Assembly (NCBI GenBank): GCA_002104905.1
Contig: MCFE01000021.1
Coordinates: 1 to 64,000 of the forward strand
Source of the DNA: Basidiobolus meristosporus CBS 931.73
Taxonomy: Eukaryota > Fungi > Basidiobolomycota
DNA length: 64,000 bases
Direction: 5' to 3'
Shown: piece after piece, positions 1 through 16,386 of the stretch
How the letters are laid out: every line of letters begins with the position of its first letter
Numbering within the stretch: the first letter of the stretch is position 1
The notes under the pieces: generated by a model
What the model was told of the DNA's origin: nothing
Seen by the model: only the letters and a program-made list of their open reading frames with translations
Database searches by the model: none
Program-made: the position numbers and the translations under genes

Positions 1-145
1 ATAATTCTGGATAAAATATCAATTTCACTAGCTGTGACTACTCTTGAACTAGATATGAAATTAAACAAATTCCTAAATCTTTTTTATCGCGTAGATAACC
101 TGGATCTTGTTGCATGCGTTACCTTCTTCTTCAAAGAGTAAATGC

Positions 146-1885
146 ATGGGTGCTTACGATTATTGTCCAATCTGCAAACGCAACCATAGTGATGGCAAAC
201 GTCATTTGTTTTCAAAATCCCACCAAGAGAAGCTGGACACCTTAATCGGGAAACAGATTGAGGTATGTTCAATATTTCTTCGTCCAAGCATAAATCCCTC
301 GTGGCTCTTTAAAGTAAAGCTTACCAATAACCACACCTTTGCACAGAAATATAAGAAATTCAAGATTTTCCTCAAAGACGTAACACCCATCGTAGACGAA
401 ACGAAGCAACCAGAGTTGTGGTGTATTTTTTGCGAGCGAGAAGTTTTCCCCTCTAGTGATGAATCAAGCGAATTCCATCTAGTCTGGTGAGAGGCAAAGC
501 TCAATTGCCAAGTGTCTTGAAACCATTTTATTGAACTAAACGCTTTCAAGTTCACACATATTTGAGCATATGGCAGATCAAGAGCACCAGGAATGCCTGA
601 ACAGTTACTTCAAAAGATTTAAAGCAAAACAACAGTACAAGGAGGAATTTAAGCTAACCCCGAAAGCACTGAACAATGTAATTGCCTGTTACGATATATC
701 GTTAGCAAGTCGCCAGTTATAGCAGAGGCCAATATTAAGTTACATCTTCGCATTTATAGTTTTATCAAAAAGGAGAGAGGAAAATCAAGGAGTTGAAAGA
801 AAAGCTAGAATTGGAGCAAAAGAGGAAAGAAATTGCCCAGAAGAAACGCGAGATAGAGGCAATTATCTCACAAGCACCTACCTCAACACAACGTATGTAA
901 CATACTACTACACTTATTCTCATTCTGATTTAAATACCCATTTTGTATTCAGTTGAGCTACCTTTAGTTCACGAAACAGTCATGAGTTCACTTGGAGTGC
1001 TCCAGAATCCCACCGGTTGGCATGGAAACCAACGTGTTTGGGGTGGTGGTATAGTTAAATTCAAGAAGGTAACTTCGAGTTTTCTTGAGTTGTTGCAAAT
1101 AGCCTTCTCAGCAACAAGTGTTCGCCAATTGTAGGCTCATCAATGGATCCCATGGCCGATCGACCTTGATGATGAGGGCAGAGACTCTACGGCTGCATAC
1201 ATGGGCAACTGGGTTATCAACTCCAAAGCCAAAGCAGGCAACGAGGGAGAAGAGAATGATAGCACCAGATTTGATGATGAGCATGTATATAAGTTGTATG
1301 AATATGATTCAGCCGAGGAGCAAGAGGATGATGGCGAAATTGATGCTGGACCAAGTAGAGCTAGTCGAGCTCAAGCACCTCGTATGTTTCTCGTACCGAT
1401 TCCTCGAAAAAGCCAGTCTTAACTCAACTATCTCTAGGTCTCACGGCTATTCAAGTCCCTGCTTTGAAATCAGGGGAAAACAATGTCCATACCGAAGGAA
1501 GTAGTAAGTACCTATGTCATGAGCTCTTTGGAACCGTTGATATAGATTTACCAACCGTTTGGTTAGTTCCTCCATGGCTGCAAGATGACGATGATGAAGC
1601 GGAAGGATCTCGTAATAATGCAATTGGCCCGTCTATCGATGTATTTCTGAAAGCCAAGGAACTTGAGCGGAAATCGAAGCTGAATCCAGAGCGCATTGGT
1701 GCCGAATTTGATCGAAGTATTTCATTTAGCAGATGGTAATTCCCTACTGGATAGTATTAACCGTTATTACCGTAATAGCGAAAAAGGCTGGCAAGTACTG
1801 GGTTCCTAACTTTGGCCGGGTTTGGAATACGGGGCCAAGGAAAGAATCGAGAATGGAGTATTTTCGGGAGACTCGCAACAAATAA
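146..1885 (+). CDS. CENATAC: CENATAC/CCDC84, minor-spliceosome-associated zinc-finger and coiled-coil protein; multi-exon, GT-AG introns
   Basis: Hand-spliced product has two zinc fingers (CPICKRNHSDGKRHLFSKSH; WCIFCEREV...HIFEHMADQEH), a coiled coil (KIKELKEKLELEQKRKEIAQKKREIE) and C-terminal motifs NVHT..IPPWL, KLNPERIGAEFD and WVPNFGRVWNTGPR. These match human CCDC84 motifs NIHSGATPPW, LPPNRVGANFD and WLPSFGRVWN. First intron 263-346; stop TAA 1883-1885. Confidence 0.9.
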
Positions 1886-2445
1886 TCTAACCAGGCTTAA
1901 TCATACCATCTGCCTTGTGCACTCAGCCTCTTTAATACGCATCTATGCCACTCCAGATAGCGTGAGGCTATTCTAGGTAATGCGCTATTTGGTGTTAGCC
2001 ATACGACACGTCAAACAGAAGTTCATTCTATCTTGTAAAAATATCTATATGTTGGCTGGCTGCAAAGCAGATACTAGACTTGATTACTCGCCCTACCTCC
2101 TCTGATACCTTTTACTGTAGAAATTAGTTGCTGTACTGTTTGTTCAAATTGAGTAAAGTCTAAAGGGGCAACTGTGGGGATTGCTTTCATTAAGATAGTA
2201 GTAAATGCTGATGGTTCTATTTCCGCTAACACTAAATGCCCAGATTAATGGTAGACTGATCAGCTTGAACTAAACTTTATTTCCAAGTGCAGTGCAGTTG
2301 CAATGGCTTGTGCGATATATGAAATATGCTAAAAGGATGTTGAAACGAAAATTAATACCCTCAGGGTAGCGTTGATCAAATACGCTAGAGCTACCACCAT
2401 CACTATAGATCACACCGATTTAGGTGGCAACATTCACATTAAGAC

Positions 2446-5429
<2,984 letters not shown>

Positions 5430-6275
5430 TCTTTTCTATTCTACTGCAGTCTATGTCGCTCTGTAGCGTGAGGTTGCTACCGGTGAACTTGCTTGATCAA
5501 GGGGAATTCCGTTCACGCTGTCAGGGTTTCGGATTCATTTTACATATTTGGTGAGGAGAATTCAGTATCTAATTTTTTTTTTTGGACCAGATCTACCACA
5601 CATCGCACGATTATGGACTTCAGCATCCGCTTCAAGAAATCTTAGCCATGGAGAAGGGCATTTCCAGGAAACCGGCTTATGGCACCCCCGATTTGTACTA
5701 TCTTGCACAACGAATAGACTACGATTGATGGAATAAGAGCCAATGGCCCACAAGCACTGTGCTTGGTGAATATAGAAGTAAAGCGAGATATTGAAAATGT
5801 TTAAGAGTGCTATATTCAGCCAAACAAGTGGGTGTAAACGTAAGTATGGTCTGTGATGGATAAATGAAATCTAATCAAAGAAAATTTTGCAAATGCGTTG
5901 GGAAGTCTTCGAGAAAATTCAAACACAAAATCAGTGGAGAGGCAAGAGGCCTGATGAAATATGGGCGATTAGCAGGCCGTGTGCCCCAAATCAAAAAGCA
6001 AAAAATGAATTGCAATCTTCAAGAGAAAACTGAGATATTAAGGATCAAGGGAAGTGGGCTCAAGCATTGGAAAATAATCCGTTGAGATTAGACTTGGGAA
6101 GGAAAATAAGAAATGCAGAGGTATTATCAATAAAATGGTGAGACCTAAAATTATAAGCCAATATGAGCTCGATAGAATCTCTTGTAGTTGCTTACCGAAG
6201 CGGCTTTCATAAAATGCAAAGGTGAAAAGGTTCACTATTCTACATAAAGTCATGTAACCAAATGTTACGACTTGA

Positions 6276-7418
6276 TTAGGCTTGCAATGAGCTGCCACCA
6301 TTGCTCGTGAGCCCATCTGCGCTCTCTTTGCCTCCTTGGAGTTTTGACACCATGGCCTCCAGCTCTTGGTTTCGATTGTCTTGCTGTTGGATCAATTGTT
6401 GCAAGTGGCGAATATAATCAACGGACTTCTTGAGAATAATACCCTTGTTGGGCTTGTTGACGTTATCCCCATAACAGTCTGGAACAAGAGTCGAAAGCTC
6501 CTGTATTTTATCATTGATATTGTCTCTACGACGACGCTCGACTGTTGTATTGAAACGAAAAAGATTAGCAGCCATCCTCGAATCTGTACTAAGGGTAGAC
6601 TACATACCTGCATTGTGGCTTTCACGTCTACGTCTGCGTTTTTCGTACAACAGCTGGATTCTACGACACGATAGTGTAAGTAGGTGGGGGTTAAGTTCGA
6701 GTTCAGGGCAACATACTGTTTGGCAGCGCTTTCAGGCTCCTCGTTTTCAAGTAGAGTAGCCATCATCGACACGTTTCCATTTTGTCCTTGGAGTGAGGTT
6801 GGTGGGGAACCAGTGAGAGAATCCTGGTCCATGTTTTTATGGAACCAATCACCAGTGTGAGTTGGGACTGACATACTATGAAACCCGCCATGCATATCCG
6901 CTGGGCTTGAACCAAGTTGGCTACTGAGAGAGCCCACGTGATTCCCAAAGCGGACATGATTAACTCCAATATGACTCTTTATATCCATTGAAGAGAAAGC
7001 AGGCATAGATCCATGTGGAAGACCAGTGGAGAAATCGTTGCCGTCGTACAGGAAGTCATCGGGACCAGGCGAGTATACCGATCCGTTTCCTGGGGACGTA
7101 GCAAATGAGGAAGGATTGAAAGATCCATGTAGATCATCGCCAGTGTCAAAAGTAGATGGAGTATGGTGACGCGCAATGGTGATAGGGGACACCATCGGAG
7201 CTACAGAGGAATTGTGCATCTGAGTATCCTCCGATGTGTAGAATTCAGGTGAACTTTCTTTTTTAATATTCATAGTTCCTGCGAATTGCTGTTGCATCTG
7301 GAGGAAGCTTGGGTCCATGGAAGATCCGAAATTGCCATCTGTCTGCATTTTCATTTGGGATTGTTGAAGGTGATACGAAGTGGGGTGTGATAGCTTCAGA
7401 GATTGAGGTTGTTGCTGT

Positions 7419-7450
<32 letters not shown>

Positions 7451-7495
7451 ATTGAAACCCGCGAAATTAAACGTTTGATTTGTAAAAGAGCTCAT
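6276..7495 (-). CDS. bHLH-leucine zipper transcription factor (MiT/TFE-USF/Rtg3-like); two introns
   Basis: Spliced basic region [11 protein letters not shown](V)[15 protein letters not shown], helix 2 [19 protein letters not shown], then a zipper. N-terminus is Q/S-rich. Confidence 0.88.
7409..7450 (-). repeat. CAG/CAA coding microsatellite (14 Gln) in the bHLH gene
   Basis: (ctg/ttg)n on the + strand, translated as Q14 in ORF 6392..7495. Confidence 0.9.
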
Positions 7496-8029
7496 GGTGC
7501 CCGGATGAGACTACTAATTCAAGTGTGCGTGTCGAAAGATAACTAGTGATTAGAATCGAAGTTAATAAAGTGAGAAAGCGTTTAAAGTAAAGGTTGATAT
7601 GCAAGTTGTGTTAGAGCAAACTAGAAAGGCAAGCAAGTGGCTCGATAGGGAATAAGATAATAATTAGAGAACAAAGAAGTGGGGTCTTGTGTTTAAATTT
7701 AGGGAGGACGAAAGAAGAAAATAAAAGAAGAAAATTTTGGGGGAAAAGAGGCGACAGTGATATTAATATATTCATCGGTTTCTGAAATTGCGAGAATTTG
7801 ACCAAACAATTCTTCGCAGATCTGAACCACACCATTCCTAGAACTTGTAAATAGTCCCCTTATTTGATCGATAGCGTTCATCAATCAATTTCCATAAGTT
7901 TTGGACAAATTTCATAATTTGGATCAGTATATTAGTATAGGATTGTCTTGAAACTTGAAGTACCACTTAGCTTAACATACTTAAGACACGTCTTGATATT
8001 TCAACACCACTTGGGATATATTTAACACC

Positions 8030-10850
8030 TACAAATATACGTCGGATTTGTCAGTCGGCCCATCAAGGACGTGGCAGCCTCCAGTATTCACACTGTTCTT
8101 CCGATGATATCCTACGAGCGCTAAGTTGGTACTAGCTGGCTCAGATGTCGGTGCTACAGTATTACTTGTCAGTATTCTAAGTGTATACAGATCTAGCGGT
8201 GCTTCAGAATTGGATACAATCCTCGTAAATGCATCCAATCAAATGTTTTTCTGAATAATGGCTTGATACATTTGGCGTGGTGGTTGTGGTAAGGACTATC
8301 TGACATTTCATCATCTTCCTCAATTTCCATATTAATAGGAACTGTTTGACGCCTGAATATATATACTATCCTTTAATACAATGTCAAATGTACTTGACAT
8401 CATCCAAAATAGGACTTTTTGAGTCAACTGTTGAGTGGAGAATTCTATAAGTCTCCAGCCCATAGCTTATTGATGACATTGCTTCCTAGATGATGAATGG
8501 TCGTTTATGGTACTCTTTCGATGGTATGGTGTCTTGGCAAATGTTATCTAATCATCAATCTTCACACTACGTTTCAATGGACATAGTGCTTTTTGTCCTG
8601 AATTCCATCAAGCCATCCTTGGTGATTTTCTGGTATAATTGTCCCAATTCATTCCAACTTGGTTATCTCGTGCAACCATTCCACACCACACAGCTGTCGA
8701 GGCTGAGCGTATGGAGTAGGATAAGAAGATCAGTGGGAGTTACAGCACCACAGTACAATGCTGGCAGTTTGGTAAATAGCTGCGCATTCAGTAGGTGTTC
8801 TCCATGATCAAGTCAATTTTGATTAATCTGGAGTTCATGACCTAAATTGCACACTCAAAGAAACTAGTCGGTGACAGCATAGTGTGGTGTTTTATCTCAT
8901 CATTGAGGAAACCCGATGCGTGGTAATAATTCGACATTGCCGAAAGCGACAAAGCAGTCAACATCAGCTAGCCAATCCTTAGCACACTGGACGGCGCCGA
9001 AGTAGCCCACCGGAGAACTAATTGAGAAACTCCACTGAGACCGAGCCTTCTAGTGATGCAGGAGATTCAACAAGTTATACACGCTCTTGGTAATCAGGAA
9101 GTAGGATCCTTGAACCATGGTTTCATTGAGTACAGCTACCCATTCAAATATACATAAACAACACCCATCGTGTATATTCAATACATATTTGCCTTCAATT
9201 TGCTCAGGAAATTCGGCATGTTCGGAGTGCCTTCGTTTGGAACACTGGGACAACAAATCTGGGTCACTATAGTCCGCCAATCATAAGCGACCAGAATGAA
9301 TCAAATGCCATCAATACCACGAACCAATTGATGAGATGATGATGTCTGAGTTCAAAGCTAAATATTGGTCCATTATTTCGGCCACTGTAAAATATTCCGA
9401 TGACTTGTGAACTGAAAAAACTGAACTCATTGCAATTACAATGTGGTGAGCATGCCAGCCATAAAATGCCATTTTCCACGTGCAATGCTTATTGTACATT
9501 ACAAATATTGAGCAGTCATGATTTGTATACGCACATAAATCTTTAAGCTTCGATGACATAGCAAAAGTACCTACCAGAGTCACCAAGAAATGTTCAGGTC
9601 AAGCCCCTGATGACTAGGGGCTTTACAGTATCATATTTTTGATGATAATTTCAATATGGTCCTGCAGTAGCTCCCCTTCATGGAATACTGTCAAGGAACA
9701 CACAGCGTATGATTGCCGACACCAGCGGCCTATCAACTCGATTGGCCGTTTGATCAAAGGTCCCACGCTCATTTATTTTTCTAAATGGAAGGATTCTAAG
9801 CCACAACCCAGTTTTCCCTTCTTTTCCATACACAATCGAAACGATTATGAGGTATGGTCACAATATGAACAGAATAGTTAATCCGTTGTTTGGGATGGTG
9901 GTTGGTTTGTTGGTTTGACACGTAGAAATAGGAATTGTCTCACTTGACTTCTTATCGCTAAATGTGTGCTATTTGATAACGGGGTTTTATTATATACGGT
10001 CGACAAAACCTTCAAGATCCTATCAATGAACTGTACACCATTGGCATTAGGCTCTTTGCAAAACAGGCACGGCTCATTATTCAATTTCAATACCTCCAAT
10101 CCAAATCCAATACTTCTAGAAATCTGTTTATCAGCCACAGGCCTATAATGACACCAGCCATTATTTACTCAGAAAAATGGCTGGTCAAACTTCATCAAGA
10201 GCACAATCAAGAAAGGGCATTGTTTCCAGTGCCTCTGGAAAGTGAAGAGTATTGTTACCGATGTTCAGTTGATCGGCAGCATGGCAAATATAATACGCAC
10301 CAAAGAGAGGAGATAACCCTGGCATAAATATATTCTGATGCACTCTCGTGGTTCTTCATTTTCAGTCCTTGCATTTCCTACATTATCTTATGTCTCCCGC
10401 TTTCTGAAGTCGTATTCATAATTCAGAAGCCGAAGATGGCCACATACTATCGAACAACGAATCAGACCAGCTCTGTATGGAGGTCCCTACTTCACAATTC
10501 TCGGTGTGAGCAAATGAATATTGAAGTGATGAAGTATGGTGTATTCTTGGCCTCGTTCATAAATATTAACTGAATCAGCCTCTTTTCTATCGTATCCATT
10601 TTTTATGAATGACAGCTACTTGCAAGACGGATCGCGCTAATAATTGTAATTGCCGAAGGCAATGATATGTTCTCTGAGCCAATGATCACTTGTATTAATA
10701 CTCCCTATTTTCGCTAGCAATGATCTTAGCCGGTCAATTGTTAGATGGTCTGCGTATTTGTACATGAATATTTAGGTGAGGCCAATTGAAGCTTTGGCAT
10801 TAGAACTTGATGAGTTATAAACTGGATCATCGATTTGGTGTTTGGGTCAC
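8030..10850 (-). CDS. Possible intron-rich gene of unknown function, divergent from VTI1; boundaries approximate
   Basis: Several minus-strand segments read like helical protein (VQFIDRILKVLSTVY..HLAIRSQVRQFL; HGEHLLNAQLFTKLPALY; LDLYTLRILTSNT) with GT/AG borders. I could not assemble a full frame or assign a family. Confidence 0.3.
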
Positions 10851-10972
10851 CACCATTCGTCCAACTTTCTAGGGGTTACATAAACCAGCCACATTGTAGG
10901 CAAGTCACAACTCTGAGTCAAACCTCTTCTTATTACACACCACCTTTCTCTACCTTGACAATTCCTTGAAGT

Positions 10973-12020
10973 ATGGCTGATGTTTCTGAGCTTTTCGAGT
11001 CATATGAGCAAGAATATACCACGTTAAGCATTGCTATTTCTAAAAAACTCAATGCGGTTATCCCAGGACAAGTCGGAGGTGATGACACTGCGGCAGCTGA
11101 TAGTATTCTGATTCTTTTCTCACCATTTTCTGTATTTGTCTCTGTTCGTTATTTGATATAGAGGAAAGAAAGGCTAGCATCAGAGCCACTGAACGGGAAT
11201 TGGAAGAGGCTGACGAGATCGTGTGTGCTTTTTCTTTACCAAAGTACTCTTGCGACAATACATACTTATTGAACCTTTAGGTAGAGCAAATGGAAATGGA
11301 GGTATTTAACCTTCCTCAGGCTTCACGAACTCGCTTTCAAGCTCGTCTCAGAGGATATAAAAGTGAGTTGGGAAACCTTAAGCGCGATCTTGTAAGTTCA
11401 ACCACGCCAACTTTGGGCCTTCTTCTTTATAAAATGATTTACTTTTCACAAAGAAACGAATATCTTCCTCCTCCGGTGAGCGTGAAGAGCTACTTTTGGG
11501 GCATACTACTCTGGACTTGGATTCTGTCAGTATGGACCAGAGAGCAAGATTACTCAGTGGGACAGAAAGGCTTTCCGACTCCTCGCGTCGGCTGCAGGAT
11601 TCCCATAGATTGGCTCTTGAGACTGGTATGTCTTCAATATACTCTACCGAGGACGATACTAACCCGCTTCGCAGAATCGGTAGGTGTAGGCATTTTGAAT
11701 GATTTGCGAGGGCAGCGAGAACAAATTCAGCATACAAGGGATACAGTTAGTATATAGGATTATACTATGCATTGGCCAAACATTTAACGGGATCGACCAC
11801 TACAGTTGTTTGCAGCTGATTCGTCCATTGACCGGGCTGGTAGAACCTTGAAGACAATGACTCGTCGGTGAGTAGGTTTGTCAGCTAGATTGCTGTAAGT
11901 TGTATCACTGTTAACCGTTGTTTAAACAGAATGATGACGAACCGGCTTTTAACAGCAGCCATTGTCATCGTCCTAGTCTTGATCATTGGTTTTATTGTTT
12001 ACATGAAATTCTTCCATTGA
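10973..12020 (+). CDS. VTI1: Qb-SNARE Vti1; multi-exon
   Basis: N-terminal MADVSELFESYEQEY (Habc), SNARE motif DQRARLLSGTERLSDSSRRLQDSHRLALET..GVGILNDLRGQREQI, C-terminal TM AIVIVLVLIIGFIVYMKF; stop at 12020. Confidence 0.93.
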
Positions 12021-13064
12021 CATATTCTTACCTGACATTTTCCACCGTCTTTAATCCACTGTACTTTGTAGCTGATTGGAAAATAATATAAAGTATTAGC
12101 CAAATTGCACCTGTTTTCTCTTCACCGTTGAAGGATAGTATCTAGTGTGTACTCCTTCGATATAGATATACCCTCAGGCTCCACATCAAGGTGTGTATAC
12201 TAGCTACTATGCTATACTGAACTCCTCTTGATAGTACGTAGAATTGATTTTCTTTATCAAAACAAAGCTCAACGACAGATGTATCTTGCCATACTATACT
12301 TGCAAGTAAAGTTATATGGCGACCTAGCATACAATGTTGCATTCATTGATAGAAATATGTTCCAAAACTACATTGTTTCCTCGACTTGATTTTCGAAACG
12401 AACCGTTTCAAGCTGCTACTTGGTGCAAAATACCGATGCTGATAGCATCTGGGAACTAATGAAGCCTATTTAAGTACACCAAAGACGCAAACCTAACGAT
12501 AATCCATCCTAAAGCAAGTTTGTGATCATCGCATTTTCAACGCTGCACGACGTGGAATTACATCATAGTGTTGGCAAGTCAACATAAATCTAGATTAGAT
12601 GAACGGCCAATAAAAGGAATTAAATACACTCTAGTCGGTATGGTAAAAATACCATAAATCTCCCCAATGTGGGGCGCTCTTCATTCTTGATAGAATTTAA
12701 ATCCGAATACAGATTTTTTTCAATCTCTACGCCAATTCTGTTGGTCCCCACAGATCGCGTAATTACCGCAATTATACTTATTTCCCCACAATAGCCCCGA
12801 AATCTTTACCATTGCACGATGATATCATTCCGCGATCCATAGAAAGGCGATGAATAAATGGAAGAATGTGATGGTGATACTTGGAAATACAACAGACTAG
12901 AGAAATTTTCACCCACTTGTTGTTGTTTTGACCTCAAAATCAACTCGACCCAATCATGGGCAGTGGATTGAATGTAAGAAAATATCGTTGACAGATAAAA
13001 AGCTTCCGTATCCCAGTTTGAAGGGTTTTAACTTAGCGTACAATATTACTCATTCATTGCTAAA

Positions 13065-14174
13065 ATGTCTACTGCCTCCAATGAAACCGCAAAAGTCGAA
13101 AAGGTTAGTACTGAGGAAACTCCGGTTGTGAGTACTGAGCTAGGTGAGGTGGATACCCCTCAGAAAAGTGCCAAACCCAACACTCCTTTAGTAGAGGAGG
13201 AAGAAGAGCCTTTACTCAAACCCAATCCAAGGCGGTTTGTTCTATTCCCTATTCGCTATCACGATGTTTGGCAGATGTACAAAAAAGCCGAGGCTTCAAT
13301 CTGGACAGCGGAGGAGGTGGACCTCTCCAAGGATATGACGGACTGGGAGAAGCTCAACGATGGCGAACGTCATTTCATCTCTCACGTTCTTGCTTTCTTT
13401 GCTGCTTCTGATGGAATTGTGAATGAAAATTTAGTGGAAAGATTCAGTGATGAGGTCCAGATCCCCGAGGCCCGCTTTTTCTATGGCTTCCAAATTATGA
13501 TCGAGAACATCCACTCAGAAATGTACTCCTTGCTCATTGATACCTATATCAAAGACCCTCAAGAACGCGACAAATTGTTCAATGCTATCGAAACCATCCC
13601 ATGCATTACAAAGAAGGCTGACTGGGCGATGAAATGGATCTCCGATCGTGACTCTACATTCGCAATGCGCTTGGTAGCTTTCGCTGCTGTTGAAGGGATC
13701 TTCTTCTCTGGCTCCTTCGCTTCAATCTTCTGGCTGAAGAAACGTGGGCTTATGCCAGGTCTCACATTCTCGAATGAATTAATTTCGCGTGATGAGGGTC
13801 TTCATACCGATTTCGCCTGCTTGCTGTTCAGTCTTCTCCGTAAGAAACCCAGTGTTGAGAAGGTCACAGCCATCATCACTGAAGCAGTGGTGATTGAGCA
13901 GGAATTCTTGACTGATGCGCTACCAGTTGCATTGATTGGTATGAATGCAAAACTCATGGGTCAGTACATCGAATTCGTGGCCGATAGACTGCTGGTAGCT
14001 CTGGGTTGCCCCAAGGTATATGAGGTCGAGAATCCATTCGATTTCATGGATCTCATCTCACTCCAGGGCAAGACCAATTTCTTCGAGAAGCGTGTATCTG
14101 ATTACCAGAAGTCAGGCGTCATGAATTCCTCGAAGGGGGAGGACTCAGCTTTCACACTCGATGCCGACTTTTAA
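13065..14174 (+). CDS. RNR2: Ribonucleotide reductase small (R2) subunit, intronless
   Basis: 369 aa ORF with [60 protein letters not shown] and C-terminal FTLDADF. Confidence 0.97.
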   Translation: MSTASNETAKVEKVSTEETPVVSTELGEVDTPQKSAKPNTPLVEEEEEPLLKPNPRRFVLFPIRYHDVWQMYKKAEASIWTAEEVDLSKDMTDWEKLNDGERHFISHVLAFFAASDGIVNENLVERFSDEVQIPEARFFYGFQIMIENIHSEMYSLLIDTYIKDPQERDKLFNAIETIPCITKKADWAMKWISDRDSTFAMRLVAFAAVEGIFFSGSFASIFWLKKRGLMPGLTFSNELISRDEGLHTDFACLLFSLLRKKPSVEKVTAIITEAVVIEQEFLTDALPVALIGMNAKLMGQYIEFVADRLLVALGCPKVYEVENPFDFMDLISLQGKTNFFEKRVSDYQKSGVMNSSKGEDSAFTLDADF

Positions 14175-14799
14175 AGCTGGGCATCAAGGTGGGTATTGCT
14201 ATTTATTATCATTTTGTTAGAAGCACATTCGTATTGGCTCTCTCGAGCTTCCATCTATACAGGCTATCGTTACTATGTACTTTTACTCCATGGTCTTCCT
14301 GTAAATACTTAATCTTTTCTCTATCAATAAACAATTGTCTCTGCTCTATGCACCTTGTTTTCGCCATGATATGGCTAGTATTGAATTAAACCTGGACATG
14401 GCCAGCAGTGCTGTGTGAACAAAATATCAGAAGTCCCGTTTTTTGAACATCCAAGTGATGTGCGAAAGGTAAACACCATTTTGATTGTGTAGTGAAGGCC
14501 GGTTATCTCCACGATTACGATGGTTGTTCAAATCTTGTATTTAGCCATTCTTTTACAGGAATTTGGAATTTCATTGTTCCCTCAGTATATGGCACTGGCT
14601 GGGATGCTACTGTTGCTGTCGTAAGAGCATCCAGCATATGGCTTATCGTTCAACCTGACGCAGAAGGAAAAAGTTCGTTCCACTTGCATTATGCAACCTT
14701 GACGCTGTTGTTGGTTATTGAAGCCAGATGGCTATTATTACTACTATGTATATGGGATCACTGAAATGTACAAGACATCCAACGGATGACGTATGCTGG

Positions 14800-15540
14800 A
14801 CACAAAAGAGAACATGTAGCAGCTAAATAAGCTGGCAAACAGGTACACATTGCTTCTTATTGGAACTCATGTTGATTCAGAAAGGCTATGTCCATAATTG
14901 ACATGCTCGAGAGATCTTGGGGATATATCTTCCTGACGATTCCCAGGATATTTCTTTATAGGGACGTTTTTTTCGCAGCTGCCATAGCCCACTTGGTGAG
15001 GTAGCTTCCGAGTCGGTGTTATTCAGGAATTTTTAGAGTTGATTTCCCCACCAATCCTATTATAGTCTTCCTGTGGCACTTCGTACATATTACCATCAAA
15101 TTAAGTGAAAGGAAAGAGATCCCAGAAACGTTGATATATCTCCAAATCTTGATCCCTCTTGATCCGGGGGATCCTTCTGCTTTTGGGATTTGATCCTGAT
15201 TGAATCGAAGGTGGTGCGCGGTCTGTTACTTCAATACCATATCTGGATTTGAATGTTCAATCCATTTCAAGGCCTCATCAATCGATGACCGCATATGGTA
15301 TGGTATTCATTATTTTACCACCGCTACCCAAGACAGGAGCCATCGCAACGAATATTCCAATTCATGATGAAATGTTATAATACCAGCTGACAGGGGACGG
15401 TTGGACATCATGCCCAGAAAGCAATAGGCAATTTGGGGAGTACACTGGAGTGTCTGCTTCTGGGTTTGCCCATGGTTGATGCTTCGAAAGTGACTAAGGG
15501 GCGTCCCCAATATCGAGTCTCATGGTAGGAACCTCGTCTA
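14800..15540 (-). mobile_element. Possible highly decayed LINE-like fragment (post-RT region)
   Basis: Only weak motif remnants in LINE order on the minus strand: ILGTPL (~YLGxPL), PLSAGIIT (~LSxAGRIT), EGSRFGDI (~GGLGIxD). Many stops. Confidence 0.25.
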
Positions 15541-16386
15541 CCGGCACACCTCAAGTCACCTGGATTTATGATGTAGCAAGTTACACTAAAGAGGGACAGT
15601 CGAGTCTACTAATGCTACTACTACCACTACCTCACCACTGAGAATCCAGGAAACTCGCTAATGTCGAAATCACATTAAGCACTGGATGAAGTCAGATCAT
15701 GTCCATGCCGAGTGCAAAATACGCGATTGCCTTGGCAATGATCACGACACACAGCATATGGCAAAAAATATATCCCAGTTCTCTCAAAAGACTTGTGTAA
15801 TCAAAGCAAACTGTGCTCCGGGCAGAAGTACACAATTGAGAATTGTTCATGATTGACTGCATCTACACATCTCGTCGTGGTGGAACCAGCAGCCCATTGG
15901 CTGGGTTATGAATAGAAGGGAATTATTTAAAGTACGTGGCATCCAAGAATGATTTAAATAATATGGTTTCACTTGTGTACAACTGGCATAAACAGGGGAT
16001 ATGCTTTTGTTAATCCACCACCATTCTGGCCAAAGTCCAATCGAATAAAATTCGCACCGATGAATTACTTCGGTGAAACCGGCTGTTAGCCAAGGCGAGA
16101 GCATGAAGGAGCTCGGGTGCCCATTCACTCTGCTGCTTCTATGAGGCCTAGAAAACACAACTTCGCGCCGGATGGGCCGATGGGAATTTATTCTCAGTAA
16201 TATACAATGAAGTGTGCACTGCTCTTGCTGGGCTACGAGGTGTATCAGAAGTAGTACATTTTAAATAGAAGTATATCCAAATCAAACGGGATCAAGGAAA
16301 TTCAGTGAAGGGTAACAAAACTTTACATCGAAAAAAACAATCAGGGAATCATTTCCCAGCATCTACTTCATGAGTCATCTTCACGT

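Noticed and set aside
5864-6085. Lys-rich 73 aa ORF faintly like ribosomal protein eS30
   Set aside because: Lacks the conserved KVHGSLARAGKV motif and lies in the probable 3' region of the bHLH gene on the opposite strand.
6392-6710. C-terminal part of the 367 aa ORF 6392..7495
   Set aside because: It is read-through into introns in the wrong frame. The true bHLH domain needs two splices and ends at 6276.
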